A DNA stretch of 64,000 bases from assembly GCA_965277285.1 (NCBI GenBank), contig OZ255721.1, forward strand, positions 1,344,001 to 1,408,000, given 5' to 3'. Within the stretch, counting starts at the first letter, position 1. Each line of letters starts with the position of its first letter. This document shows positions 39,667-49,018 of the stretch, in pieces. A program made the translations under genes and the position numbers. The notes beneath the pieces were generated by a model. That model was not told the origin of the DNA. It searched no databases and saw only the letters and a program-made list of their open reading frames with translations. Source of the DNA: Abditibacteriaceae bacterium. Lineage in GTDB: Bacteria; Armatimonadota; Abditibacteriia; Abditibacteriales; Abditibacteriaceae.

Positions 39667-40623
39667 ATGATCGATTCGGTCATGTTTTGGAACGAACCCA
39701 ACAACAAATCGCACTGGGATTTTGAACGCCTCGATCCCGAATGGCGCATTTTCTCCGACATGGTGAACCTGGCGTCGCAAGCTGTCGCCAGCGAAAACCC
39801 GCAACTGATTCGCGTTCTTGGTGGAATGTCGCCGATTGATGCCGGTTGGGTTCAGCGAATGCAGAGTCAGGGCACGCTCGATCATTTGAACGCGGTTGCG
39901 GTGCATGGTTTTCCTCTCGATTGGAACCATTGGAAGTTGGACGAATGGCCGGACAAAATCGAAGAAATCAAAGCCGTAACCAATTTGCCGGTCTGGGTTT
40001 CAGAAGTCGGCATTTCAACTTTTGGGGCCGAAGAAGTCCAAGATTGGGGATTGCAGCGCACCGCCGAACTGTTGCGCGGGAAAGCGCCGCGCATTCACTG
40101 GTATAGCCTGTTCGATTTGCCGCGCGCTTGGCCTGCGACAACGCGCCACCGCGAAGCCGAAGGTTCGTCCTATTATCGCCACTTTTATCTGGGATTGATC
40201 CGTGAAGACGGCACGCCCAAACCGGCGTATTATCATTTTCGCAACTGCGCGCCCGATATGGGCATTTGCCAGTGGTTTCATTACCAAGACCCGCGTTTGG
40301 ACGATGCCGTCAAACACTTGCGCGAAATGGGCGTGACGTACATTCGCACTGGCCTGAGTTGGGCGGATGTGTTTCGCCCGAACGCTTTGGAATGGTTCGA
40401 CCGCCAGATGACGGCTTTGGAAGAGTTCAACGTGACGGTCACGTTCTGCTTCACGCCGGAGCATCGCAGCCTGGCGCTGGAGTGCGGGCAAGAGCCGCAT
40501 CACACCAGCCCGCCGCAACAAATCGAAGAATACGCCCAATTCTGCGCCGACATGATTCGCCGTTATGCGCCTGGCCAAACCGTTCACGCACCGCAGGATT
40601 CGGCTATTCTCAGTGCGAGTTAA
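39667..40623 (+). CDS. Glycoside hydrolase (clan GH-A, beta-xylosidase-like)
   Basis: WNEPNN acid/base and WVSE nucleophile motifs. Confidence 0.75.
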   Translation: MIDSVMFWNEPNNKSHWDFERLDPEWRIFSDMVNLASQAVASENPQLIRVLGGMSPIDAGWVQRMQSQGTLDHLNAVAVHGFPLDWNHWKLDEWPDKIEEIKAVTNLPVWVSEVGISTFGAEEVQDWGLQRTAELLRGKAPRIHWYSLFDLPRAWPATTRHREAEGSSYYRHFYLGLIREDGTPKPAYYHFRNCAPDMGICQWFHYQDPRLDDAVKHLREMGVTYIRTGLSWADVFRPNALEWFDRQMTALEEFNVTVTFCFTPEHRSLALECGQEPHHTSPPQQIEEYAQFCADMIRRYAPGQTVHAPQDSAILSAS

Positions 40624-40624
40624 A

Positions 40625-40755
40625 TCGAGTACTGGAATATCCACAAAGATCACAGAGAACACAAAGAATTCAAAAGAGGGCTGATGTAACTGTTATCTCA
40701 TGTTTCTCTTTTCCTTTGTGTTCTCTGTGATCTTTGTGGATATTCCAGTACTCGA
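40625..40755. mobile_element. MITE-like element with 42-bp perfect inverted arms ending in palindrome halves
   Basis: TCGAGTACTGGAATATCCACAAAGATCACAGAGAACACAAAG at 40625-40666 and its exact reverse complement at 40714-40755. Confidence 0.7.
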
Positions 40756-40764
40756 AGTTCCTTT

Positions 40765-41376
40765 ATGACTGTTTTCTATCTTGTTCGTCACGCGCTACAT
40801 TTATTTGGCGGCGATAAAATCGCGGGGCACACGCCGGATGTGCATCTCAGTCCCAAAGGTTGGCAGCAAGCCGAACGCTTGAGCGAACTCTTGTCGAAAG
40901 TCGAGTTTGAAGCGATTTATACCAGCCCGATGGAGCGAACGCAGGAAACCGCAAGCGCCATTGCCGCGCATCAAAATACGCAACCTCAAGTGCGAGATGA
41001 AATCAACGAACTCGATTTCGGCGATTGGAGCGGACAACGTTTAGACGATCTGCGACCACAAGAAAATTGGAAACAGTTCAACGCTTTTCGCAGCGGAATG
41101 CGCGCGCCCAACGGCGAACTGATGCTGGAAACGCAAAGCCGCATCGTGACTTTCATGCAAGGCTTGCGGACGCAGCATCCACAAGGCAACGTCGCGCTCG
41201 TCAGTCACGGCGATGTGATTAAATCTGCGGTCGCCTATTATATGGGCGTGCCAATTGACTTGTTCCAGCGCATCGAAATCAGTCCGGCTTCGGTTTGCGT
41301 GATTGCCATCAGCGATTACGGCCCGTGGATTTGGGGCATCAATTATACGGGCGACTTGCCGGAAGTGCCGTCCTGA
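40765..41376 (+). CDS. Histidine phosphatase family protein
   Basis: LVRHA, SPMERTQETA, ELDFGDW, VSHGD. Confidence 0.88.
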   Translation: MTVFYLVRHALHLFGGDKIAGHTPDVHLSPKGWQQAERLSELLSKVEFEAIYTSPMERTQETASAIAAHQNTQPQVRDEINELDFGDWSGQRLDDLRPQENWKQFNAFRSGMRAPNGELMLETQSRIVTFMQGLRTQHPQGNVALVSHGDVIKSAVAYYMGVPIDLFQRIEISPASVCVIAISDYGPWIWGINYTGDLPEVPS

Positions 41377-41408
41377 AATCGCCCGTAGAGACGCAGCAAG
41401 CTCCGTCT

Positions 41409-43178
41409 CTACAAATCCGTTTCTTCATTCAACTCTCGCTGCAATATCGCACGATAAAAATCAGCGGCAGAATTCTTTTCGATCGTAAATAAACCCAAGC
41501 GAAAAGCGGCGTATGCCGAACAATAAAATCGCAATTCATCAGGCGCAAAAGCGAGTGAACTTTCGCTCACAATTTCTTCCAACAACGGCGTCGCACTTTC
41601 TTTGTTCAAGTCCCATTCAACAAGTGCGCCTGCCAAATCCCACAGCCAGCTTTGCCGTCCGACCATCGTGTGATCCCAATTGTGACCGCAGCAATCGATT
41701 TTGAGTACTCGATTGTCGGGCGTGCGAATCCATTCGTGCGGCGCCAAATGTCCATCGCCATAACTCGGCGCGAGTTCGTCCGTTTTGGCTTGTTCGCTCA
41801 ACAATTGCGCGCATTTCGCGGCTTCTTCGCCGAATGCTTCGCGCGTGTTGCAAATTAGCATTTCGACCAAACGATTGCGGGAAATCTGCGCTTCTTCGCA
41901 TGTCATTGGCGCGCCGCTACAGGAAACAAGGTATCGCCCGATGTGACGGAGCAATTGCGGCGTCGCATCTTCGCGCGTCAGCGGACGACCTTCAATCCAC
42001 GGCGTGGCGACAAAACCACAACAACTTCCCAGCGGCGCGACCATGAAACCGTTGGCGGCGCGTTCGTTGATCTGAAGCAACGTTTCTGATGTCGCCGTGC
42101 CATTTTTCAGCGACACAAAACCAGCGAACTTCCACAATACGGCGCGGCCATCGTTCAGCGTGACACGATATTTCGTCCGCTCAAACTGCGTTGCAACTGG
42201 CGGCCACAAACTTTCATTCGAGTACTCGAAATGGCGCCACAAACCGCCACTGAAGTCGTCAATCCGCGCGATTCCCTCGCTCGTGTTCAATAATTCGCGC
42301 GTGCGACTCGCCAAAAATTCGGGCAAGGTTTGATTGTTCCAGCGCAGTTCATTCAATGATGTCGTGAACCGCTCGGTCGTATTCCACCAAGCGCGCGTTC
42401 TCGAAGAGGCTTCAATTCCAGGTTCGCCATCATGTCCCGGAAAGAAAACAATGCGCTCGCGGGCGATGCCAAGTTCATGCGCAGCCTGCGCGACGCTCGC
42501 CATCGAAGAACCGGAAAGTCCCGGGCCTTCATCGACAATCCACGCCCATTGCGCGTCGCGCAGTTCATCTTTGGAAAGTTTCGTTTCGCGTTCAAAAGGA
42601 TGTCCATTTGGGCGAACTGTCAGGCGATGAACTTTCCAGCCATTGGATTTCAACAAAGTTTTCACCAACGCCGAAAGCGAAGTGCCGATGCTGCGAACGC
42701 CGATGACTATAAACGGCCCCCATAATTCATGATAGCGTTCGTCTATCCAAGGTGAGATGGACGCCGCATATTGTTCGGGAAAGAGCGTGTAAAACGCGAA
42801 ACCTTCCGGCAATTTTATGCTCACTTCCACGTCGGGAAGCGGCCATGTCTCAATGTCCTTCAAATACAGGTGTAGCAGCGGCAAGATGCTGTCGAATGCG
42901 ACGCCACGCTGCGTTTTGAGCCACTTTCCGTAAAACGCCTTGGCCATGCCATTGGTGAAACTTTGGCAGCGTTCAATCCATTGTTGCGCTTCTTCGGGTG
43001 GAAGTTGCGCGGGCAGAACGTCGTGAACGGCTTGCTCGAGTTGTCCGGCTTGCACCAAAAGTTCGCGCACATCGTCGAGCGATGGTTCGTTTTGGGACAA
43101 GCGCAAAAGCGCCTGACGCAAGCGCGCAACTTGGATAGACAACGATTGAGAAAATTGTGGATCGCCGTAAACAATCAT
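41409..43178 (-). CDS. Hypothetical protein with PRTase-like and kinase-like motifs
   Basis: GVRSIGTSL, IVDEGPGLSGSS, DGHLAPHEW...LKID. Confidence 0.6.
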   Translation of the reverse strand: MIVYGDPQFSQSLSIQVARLRQALLRLSQNEPSLDDVRELLVQAGQLEQAVHDVLPAQLPPEEAQQWIERCQSFTNGMAKAFYGKWLKTQRGVAFDSILPLLHLYLKDIETWPLPDVEVSIKLPEGFAFYTLFPEQYAASISPWIDERYHELWGPFIVIGVRSIGTSLSALVKTLLKSNGWKVHRLTVRPNGHPFERETKLSKDELRDAQWAWIVDEGPGLSGSSMASVAQAAHELGIARERIVFFPGHDGEPGIEASSRTRAWWNTTERFTTSLNELRWNNQTLPEFLASRTRELLNTSEGIARIDDFSGGLWRHFEYSNESLWPPVATQFERTKYRVTLNDGRAVLWKFAGFVSLKNGTATSETLLQINERAANGFMVAPLGSCCGFVATPWIEGRPLTREDATPQLLRHIGRYLVSCSGAPMTCEEAQISRNRLVEMLICNTREAFGEEAAKCAQLLSEQAKTDELAPSYGDGHLAPHEWIRTPDNRVLKIDCCGHNWDHTMVGRQSWLWDLAGALVEWDLNKESATPLLEEIVSESSLAFAPDELRFYCSAYAAFRLGLFTIEKNSAADFYRAILQRELNEETDL

Positions 43179-43283
43179 AATCGGAAAGGTGTCGAAAGCT
43201 TCTTGCGGTTGCTACACTGACGCCTGATTTCGCGCCTCATCGAGTACTCGAATTGTGCGTTTCGCCCTCTCAATTATAAGGTT

Positions 43284-44381
43284 TTGATGAACTCGCAGCT
43301 TTCGCCTCACACTTCGACGCAGCCTCTTAAAATTGGCGTTCTCACCTTTCATCGTTGCATCAATTACGGTTCGTTCTGGCAGGCGCGCTGCCTGGTCGAA
43401 GGCTTGCAAAAGCGCGGACACAACGCCGTTTTGCTCGATCACCATTCGCCGCGCGTCAACTTCCGCGAATGGAAATGCGCTTTGCGCCCGACCTGGCCGA
43501 CGCCGATTCCACTCGCCGATTATGCGGGTTACCTTCAAAAAACCAGAAAGTTTTTCGCTGCTTTTGAGACATTGCCGCTTTCGCCGCGCTTCGATCTGGA
43601 AAACCCGCAAGCGATGGGCGAATACGACCTGGTCGTTGTCGGCAGCGATGAAGTATGGAACTTGCGGCATCCGTGGTACGCGGGCAGCACGCTGTTTTAT
43701 GGCGTTGGTGTGCGCGCGCCGCGCTTGATTTCCTATGCCGCCAGCTTCGGAAATTACGACGCCAGCGAAGGTTTGCCCGAAGCATGGGCGGAACGATTGC
43801 GCCATTTCAACTCGATTTCAGTGCGCGACGACAATTCGCGGACAATCATTGAAAACGCACTGGGTTTCGTGCCAATTACAGTACTCGATCCATGCCTGCA
43901 ATTTCCACTTGAGGTCGAAAGCAAAGCGCCATTTAAGAATTATGTGGCGCTTTACGGCCACAATTTTTCGCCACATTTCATCAAAAACGTGCAGCAATGG
44001 GCGCATAAAAATAGCCTTCAAACTGTCAGCATCGGCTATCGCAACGATTGGGCGGACGAACAATGGCTCGAAGCCAGTCCGCAGGATTTCGCGTCTTTCA
44101 TGGCGAACGCTCAAGCCGTGACGACCAACTTTTTTCATGGCTGCGTTTTCGCCTTGCGCAACCACAAACCGTTCGTTTGCGAAACGACATCCTATCGCTT
44201 CCATAAAGTGCGCGATTTGATGACGACCGTTGGCGGCCAAGCGCATTTGATGAACGAAGATTCGCCGTTTGCTGACTACGCCGCGCGCTTGAATGAACCT
44301 TTGAGTACCCAAATCGAGCGCAACATCGCTGATTTGCGACAAAGTTCAGACGCGTTTTTGGATGCAACAATTTGTCCGTAG
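43284..44381 (+). CDS. Polysaccharide pyruvyl transferase family
   Basis: NYGSFWQ, VGSDEVWN, YAASFG, SVRD, DPCL, FFHG. Confidence 0.88.
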   Translation: MMNSQLSPHTSTQPLKIGVLTFHRCINYGSFWQARCLVEGLQKRGHNAVLLDHHSPRVNFREWKCALRPTWPTPIPLADYAGYLQKTRKFFAAFETLPLSPRFDLENPQAMGEYDLVVVGSDEVWNLRHPWYAGSTLFYGVGVRAPRLISYAASFGNYDASEGLPEAWAERLRHFNSISVRDDNSRTIIENALGFVPITVLDPCLQFPLEVESKAPFKNYVALYGHNFSPHFIKNVQQWAHKNSLQTVSIGYRNDWADEQWLEASPQDFASFMANAQAVTTNFFHGCVFALRNHKPFVCETTSYRFHKVRDLMTTVGGQAHLMNEDSPFADYAARLNEPLSTQIERNIADLRQSSDAFLDATICP

Positions 44382-44444
44382 GGGCGGGAAACCGCTTACT
44401 TTCCTCTTGAATCAAACGGACGCGGAAATCCCGCCCCTACAAAT

Positions 44445-45854
44445 ATGACTTCTCAACTTCTTCCTCTTTTCAGTCCGCGCGATATTGTGCGTTCGGGTTT
44501 GTGCATCGGCTGCGGCTCGTGTGTCGCGCAAAACGATGACGCAAATGCGCGCATTGATTTCAATCGCTACGGTCATTTCGAGCCGTCGGGCGATGCGTCG
44601 TGGATGAACCAGAAATCGGACAGCTTTTCGCGGACGTGTCCGTTTTCGCCTTCGGCATTGAACGAAGACCAACTGGCGGCGGAACTTTTTCCCGACATCG
44701 AGTACTCGAATACGCACACAGGCCGCTTTCAATCGGCTTATGTCGGCTTTGTGGCGGACGACGGTTTTCGTGACAGAGGAAGTTCAGGCGGCATGGTGTC
44801 GTGGGTTTTGGAAGAATTGTTGCGGCGTGGCTTGGTCGATGGCGTGGCGCACGTCGCGCCAGTCGATGATCCGCAAGGCGAAGGTCGCTTTTTTCGTTAT
44901 CGCATCGCGCGCACAATCGAAGAAATTCGCGGCGGCGCCAAATCGCGCTATTATCCGGTCGAAATGTCCGGCATTTTGGAAGAAATTCGCCGCACGCCAG
45001 GCCGTTACGCGGTTGTCGGCGTGCCGTGCTTCATCAAGGCGCTGCAACTTTTGCGGCGCGAAGACGCGATCATCCGCGAACGTGTGGCTTTTACGTTAGG
45101 TTTGTTTTGTGGTCACATGAAAAGCGCGCGATTGATGGAAAGTTTCGCCTGGCAAATGGACGTTTCGGTCAAAGACATTCAACGCGTCGAGTTCCGCATC
45201 AAAGACGCCACTCGTCCGGCCAGCGTTTACACGGCGCAGATGACGTTGCGCGACGGCAGCGAAGTGCGCAAAGATTGGTGGAATCTGGTCGATGGCGATT
45301 GGGGCGCCGGATTTTTCCAGAACGCCGCCTGCAACTTTTGCGATGACGTGGTCGGCGAAACCGCTGATATTTCGTTTGGCGATGCCTGGGTCGAACCATA
45401 TTCTTCCGATGGTCGCGGCACCAATGTCGTGATTGTGCGCCATCGAGTACTCGATACGCTGGTCAAGAACGCGATCAACGACAAGCGTTTGCAATTGGAA
45501 GATGTCGATGCCGAATTCATTCATCGAACACAAGCCGCCGGTTTTCGCCAGCGACGCGAAGGTTTATCGTTTCGACTTTACTGGCGACGCGTCGGGCGCC
45601 AGCGATTTTTAGTTCAGCCGCGCAAACGCGTTTTTCCACGATTGCATTCCATTCCCAAACGTCGCCAGTTGATTTATCGAATGCGCGCGTTTATTACGGC
45701 GTGGAGCCATCGCGTTTATTGGATGGCGCGTCGCACCAAACGCCGCGAACTTTACACGCGCTGGGCGGAAACTTCAGTCAAGCTTTATCACGGTTTGGCA
45801 TATGGAGGCGGCAAATTGGGCGAGTGGCTGGAACGAATCGGTTTGCGTTCTTGA
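44445..45854 (+). CDS. FrhB/FdhB-family (F420 hydrogenase beta-like) Fe-S protein
   Basis: CIGCGSC, SSGG, KSRY, GVPC, GLFCGH, ADISFGDAW. Confidence 0.88.
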   Translation: MTSQLLPLFSPRDIVRSGLCIGCGSCVAQNDDANARIDFNRYGHFEPSGDASWMNQKSDSFSRTCPFSPSALNEDQLAAELFPDIEYSNTHTGRFQSAYVGFVADDGFRDRGSSGGMVSWVLEELLRRGLVDGVAHVAPVDDPQGEGRFFRYRIARTIEEIRGGAKSRYYPVEMSGILEEIRRTPGRYAVVGVPCFIKALQLLRREDAIIRERVAFTLGLFCGHMKSARLMESFAWQMDVSVKDIQRVEFRIKDATRPASVYTAQMTLRDGSEVRKDWWNLVDGDWGAGFFQNAACNFCDDVVGETADISFGDAWVEPYSSDGRGTNVVIVRHRVLDTLVKNAINDKRLQLEDVDAEFIHRTQAAGFRQRREGLSFRLYWRRVGRQRFLVQPRKRVFPRLHSIPKRRQLIYRMRAFITAWSHRVYWMARRTKRRELYTRWAETSVKLYHGLAYGGGKLGEWLERIGLRS

Positions 45855-45925
45855 TGTGTCGATTCATTCGAGGTTCTGAGATTTCCCTCTGCGCTTTGGT
45901 GACTCTGCGGTTAAACTGCGAAGCG

Positions 45926-46651
45926 ATGAACGAGCATTACGAACACACGCCGGGCGAAGATCAGGACGAACTTGATGCGGTCGAAATCCGCGACAACGGC
46001 GAACCTTTGGTCGATTTTCTCGCGCTGTGCAATTCGCCAAAGTTGGTAATGGCGCCTTCACATCCGATTTTTGAATTGCCGCGCGTTCATTTGTTGCGCG
46101 AAAGCGTGGCGCGTATGATTTGTCAGGCGGCGAATGCCCTGCCCGGCGGCTTGAAACTGCAAATCGTCGAAGGTTATCGTCCGCTTCAAACGCAGCGCTT
46201 CATGTTTCGCCACGCTTTGGAAGAAGCGCGCAAGCGTTTTCCAGACTGGAGCGAAGACAAAATCTGCCTCGAAGCCGGACGCTACAGCGCGCCGCCAGAC
46301 GCGATCACGCCACCGCCGCATACGACAGGTGGCGCCGTTGATGTGGGAATCGTGGACGAAAACGATCAGCAGCTCGATTTCTTTTCACCCTTTGAAATCA
46401 CCGATGTTTCGCACGCCGCGATGAAGGCGCGCGGGCTTTCCGATCAAGCGCGCCGCAACCGCGATTTGCTGCGTCAAGTACTCGAACCGACCGGCTTGAC
46501 CAATTACGTGGACGAATGGTGGCACTGGAGCTACGGCGATAACGGCTGGGCTTTGCGCACGGGCGCGCCGTTCGCGTTGTATGACAAAATCGAAATGCCG
46601 CACGATGCCAAATGGATCGGCGACAAAACCAAACTTCCCTCAGACGAATAG
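45926..46651 (+). CDS. D-Ala-D-Ala dipeptidase (M15D, VanX/DdpX family)
   Basis: EGYRP, HTTGGAVD, EWWHWSYGD. Confidence 0.88.
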   Translation: MNEHYEHTPGEDQDELDAVEIRDNGEPLVDFLALCNSPKLVMAPSHPIFELPRVHLLRESVARMICQAANALPGGLKLQIVEGYRPLQTQRFMFRHALEEARKRFPDWSEDKICLEAGRYSAPPDAITPPPHTTGGAVDVGIVDENDQQLDFFSPFEITDVSHAAMKARGLSDQARRNRDLLRQVLEPTGLTNYVDEWWHWSYGDNGWALRTGAPFALYDKIEMPHDAKWIGDKTKLPSDE

Positions 46652-46656
46652 AAATC

Positions 46657-46818
46657 AATCACAGAGACACCAAGAACACAGAGCAGAAAAGTAAAAGTTT
46701 GTCATTCTGAGCGCAGCGAAGAATCTAACTACAATTAGATTCTTCGCACTGCCCAGAGGGCACCCGTCAGAATGACAAACTGCAGGTTCGACGTTTATTC
46801 TCTGGTGTCTCCGTGGTT
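46657..46818. repeat. Nested repeat: CACAGAGACAC-type IR enclosing a family A hairpin
   Basis: Outer AATCACAGAGACACCA / TGGTGTCTCCGTGGTT; inner 46696-46781. Confidence 0.7.
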
Positions 46819-46826
46819 CAAAAATC

Positions 46827-47762
46827 ATGGCCGTTGCTCCCGCACAAATCCACCCACAATCGAGTACTCGAAGCGTCGCGCGCCGCGATGAAAGCACGCT
46901 GCGCCGCTTGTTGCGTCGTCCGATGGCGTGGTGCGGTCTGGCAATTATTGCGCTGCTATTTGTCGTCGCGTTTTTGGCGCCGCAGATGTCGCACGTCGAT
47001 CCGACATTTATCTTTCCCAAGGGAACAAACGCGCTCGGTGAACCGCACGCGCCGGGCGGTGGTTTCCCGCTGGGCGCCGATACGCTGGGGCGCGATGTGT
47101 GGACGCGCGTTTTGTATGGCTCGCGCGTTTCGCTCGAAGTTGGCCTTTTTGCGATGCTGTCCTCGATTTTCATTGGAACAATTGTTGGCCTGGTCAGTGG
47201 CTATTTTGGCGGCTGGATTGACGGCGCACTAATGCGTTTCACCGATGTTGTAATTAGCTTGCCGACGGTTTTATTAGTGATCGCGTTTGTCGTCGTTTTG
47301 CCGGTCGAGCCGATTATCATCCGCGGACACGAGTTCGACCGCAACGTGTTCAATATGCTGCTGGCGATTGCGCTCGTCACCTGGACGCGTATTGCGCGCA
47401 CCGTCAGAGGCGAAGTTCTCAGCCTGAAGCGCCGCGAATTTATCGAAGCCGCGCACGCGACGGGTTGCTCGAACAGTCGCATTATTTTTCGCCATCTGTT
47501 GCCTAACGTGATGCCGACGATTATCGTTCTGGCGACCCTGGCGACCGCCAACAACATTTTGCTGGAAGCTGGACTTTCATATTTAGGTTTGGGCGTTGAA
47601 GCGAAAACGCCCAGTTGGGGCGGCATGATTTCCGAGGGACAGCCGTTTTTGCTTTCCGCACCATGGATCGCGCTGGCGCCAGGAATTGCTATTGTGCTGG
47701 CGGTCGCCGGTTTCAACCTGGTCGGGCAAGCTTTGCAGGAAACTTTGGAGCCACGCGTTTGA
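46827..47762 (+). CDS. Peptide ABC transporter permease (OppC/DppC)
   Basis: LGADTLGRD, EFIEAA...G, HLLPN, EAGLSYLG. Confidence 0.92.
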   Translation: MAVAPAQIHPQSSTRSVARRDESTLRRLLRRPMAWCGLAIIALLFVVAFLAPQMSHVDPTFIFPKGTNALGEPHAPGGGFPLGADTLGRDVWTRVLYGSRVSLEVGLFAMLSSIFIGTIVGLVSGYFGGWIDGALMRFTDVVISLPTVLLVIAFVVVLPVEPIIIRGHEFDRNVFNMLLAIALVTWTRIARTVRGEVLSLKRREFIEAAHATGCSNSRIIFRHLLPNVMPTIIVLATLATANNILLEAGLSYLGLGVEAKTPSWGGMISEGQPFLLSAPWIALAPGIAIVLAVAGFNLVGQALQETLEPRV

Positions 47763-48976
47763 ACTCCCTGACACCATCGAGTACTCGATGTGCTTCTGTA
47801 GAAACTGAAACGCACACCGCGCCCGATTTCAAAACGGCGTTGCGTTGGGCGTGTTGGCCGTTTTTGTTGTCGCGGCTGTGGGTCGCCCTTTTCGCCTATT
47901 GGGGACATTGGGAATATACGCAGGCCGGAAAATATCTCAAACCATTTGTCGGCGGCTGGCAAGGTGTTCCCAACTGGTGGCTCAATCCGTGGACTACTTA
48001 TGACAGCGAGCGCTTTGTCCACGTCGGCGAACGCGGCTACGATGTTATCACGTCGGTTTCGTTTCCTTTCTATTCGATGCTGCTCAGCCCGTTCGCGCCC
48101 AACGAAGTCGCCATGAGCGCGTGGGGCGTTTTGCTGTCGAACCTCGCGTTCTTGCTTGCGTTGGCGATGCTTTTTCGTCTGACAAACCGCGATTTCAATT
48201 CACCGGTGGCGCGTGGAACGTTGTGGGCGCTGGCGTTTTTTCCTGCAACCGTGATTTTTAGCGCGGTTTATGCGGAATCGGTTTTTCTATTGCTGCTGAT
48301 AATGACGTTCTGGGACGCGCGCGGCGGCAACTGGGGACGCGCTATTGTATGGGCTTTCCTGGCTGGATTAACGCGCAATTCTGGACCGATTTTGTGTGTT
48401 GCTTTGCTTGTCGAGTACGCGATGCAGCGAAAAACCGCGAACGATGAAGATCGTCCAACACCATCGCTCGTCGCAGGTTTGGCGATCATTGCGCCTGTTG
48501 TAGCGTTTGTAGGATTTCAGCTTTATTTGCGTTGGGATTTGGGGCGCGGCGATTTAGTTTTTCGCCAGCAACACGCATTGGGACGAACCTGGATGTGGCC
48601 GTGGCTGCCGGTTTGGCACGAGATCCAAGCGCTGTTGCTTCGAGGCGCCTTCAATATCACGACCGTTGTGAATTTATGGGCGACGCTGGCTGGAATCGTG
48701 GTCGCTTTCGCGTACTGGAAGCGCGGCGTGTTGAGTTACACAGTTTTTCTGGGCGGCTTGTTACTGGCGTTTTTAGGTTACGGCTTGATGTATGCGCCTT
48801 ATACTGTCGGCGCCATGCGTTATTTAGCGGTGACGTTTCCCATGTCGCAACGCTTGAGTTGCTGGGCATTGTCGCTGGCCAAACGTCCCATGACGCGCGG
48901 AATTTTAATCGCTCTTGCCTTGATGACGAGCGCAATTGTCGCTTTCGCGTTCGGTTTCAAAGTGTATTTGTTTTGA
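47759..48976 (+). CDS. GT-C fold mannosyltransferase-like membrane protein (copy 1)
   Basis: YDS, FPFYSML, FSAVYAES, TRN; TTG start overlapping the upstream stop. Confidence 0.75.
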   Translation: MNSLTPSSTRCASVETETHTAPDFKTALRWACWPFLLSRLWVALFAYWGHWEYTQAGKYLKPFVGGWQGVPNWWLNPWTTYDSERFVHVGERGYDVITSVSFPFYSMLLSPFAPNEVAMSAWGVLLSNLAFLLALAMLFRLTNRDFNSPVARGTLWALAFFPATVIFSAVYAESVFLLLLIMTFWDARGGNWGRAIVWAFLAGLTRNSGPILCVALLVEYAMQRKTANDEDRPTPSLVAGLAIIAPVVAFVGFQLYLRWDLGRGDLVFRQQHALGRTWMWPWLPVWHEIQALLLRGAFNITTVVNLWATLAGIVVAFAYWKRGVLSYTVFLGGLLLAFLGYGLMYAPYTVGAMRYLAVTFPMSQRLSCWALSLAKRPMTRGILIALALMTSAIVAFAFGFKVYLF

Positions 48977-49018
48977 AAGTCAGCCTGTCCAAAGGTCAGG
49001 TTCGCTAACTCCATTTCT

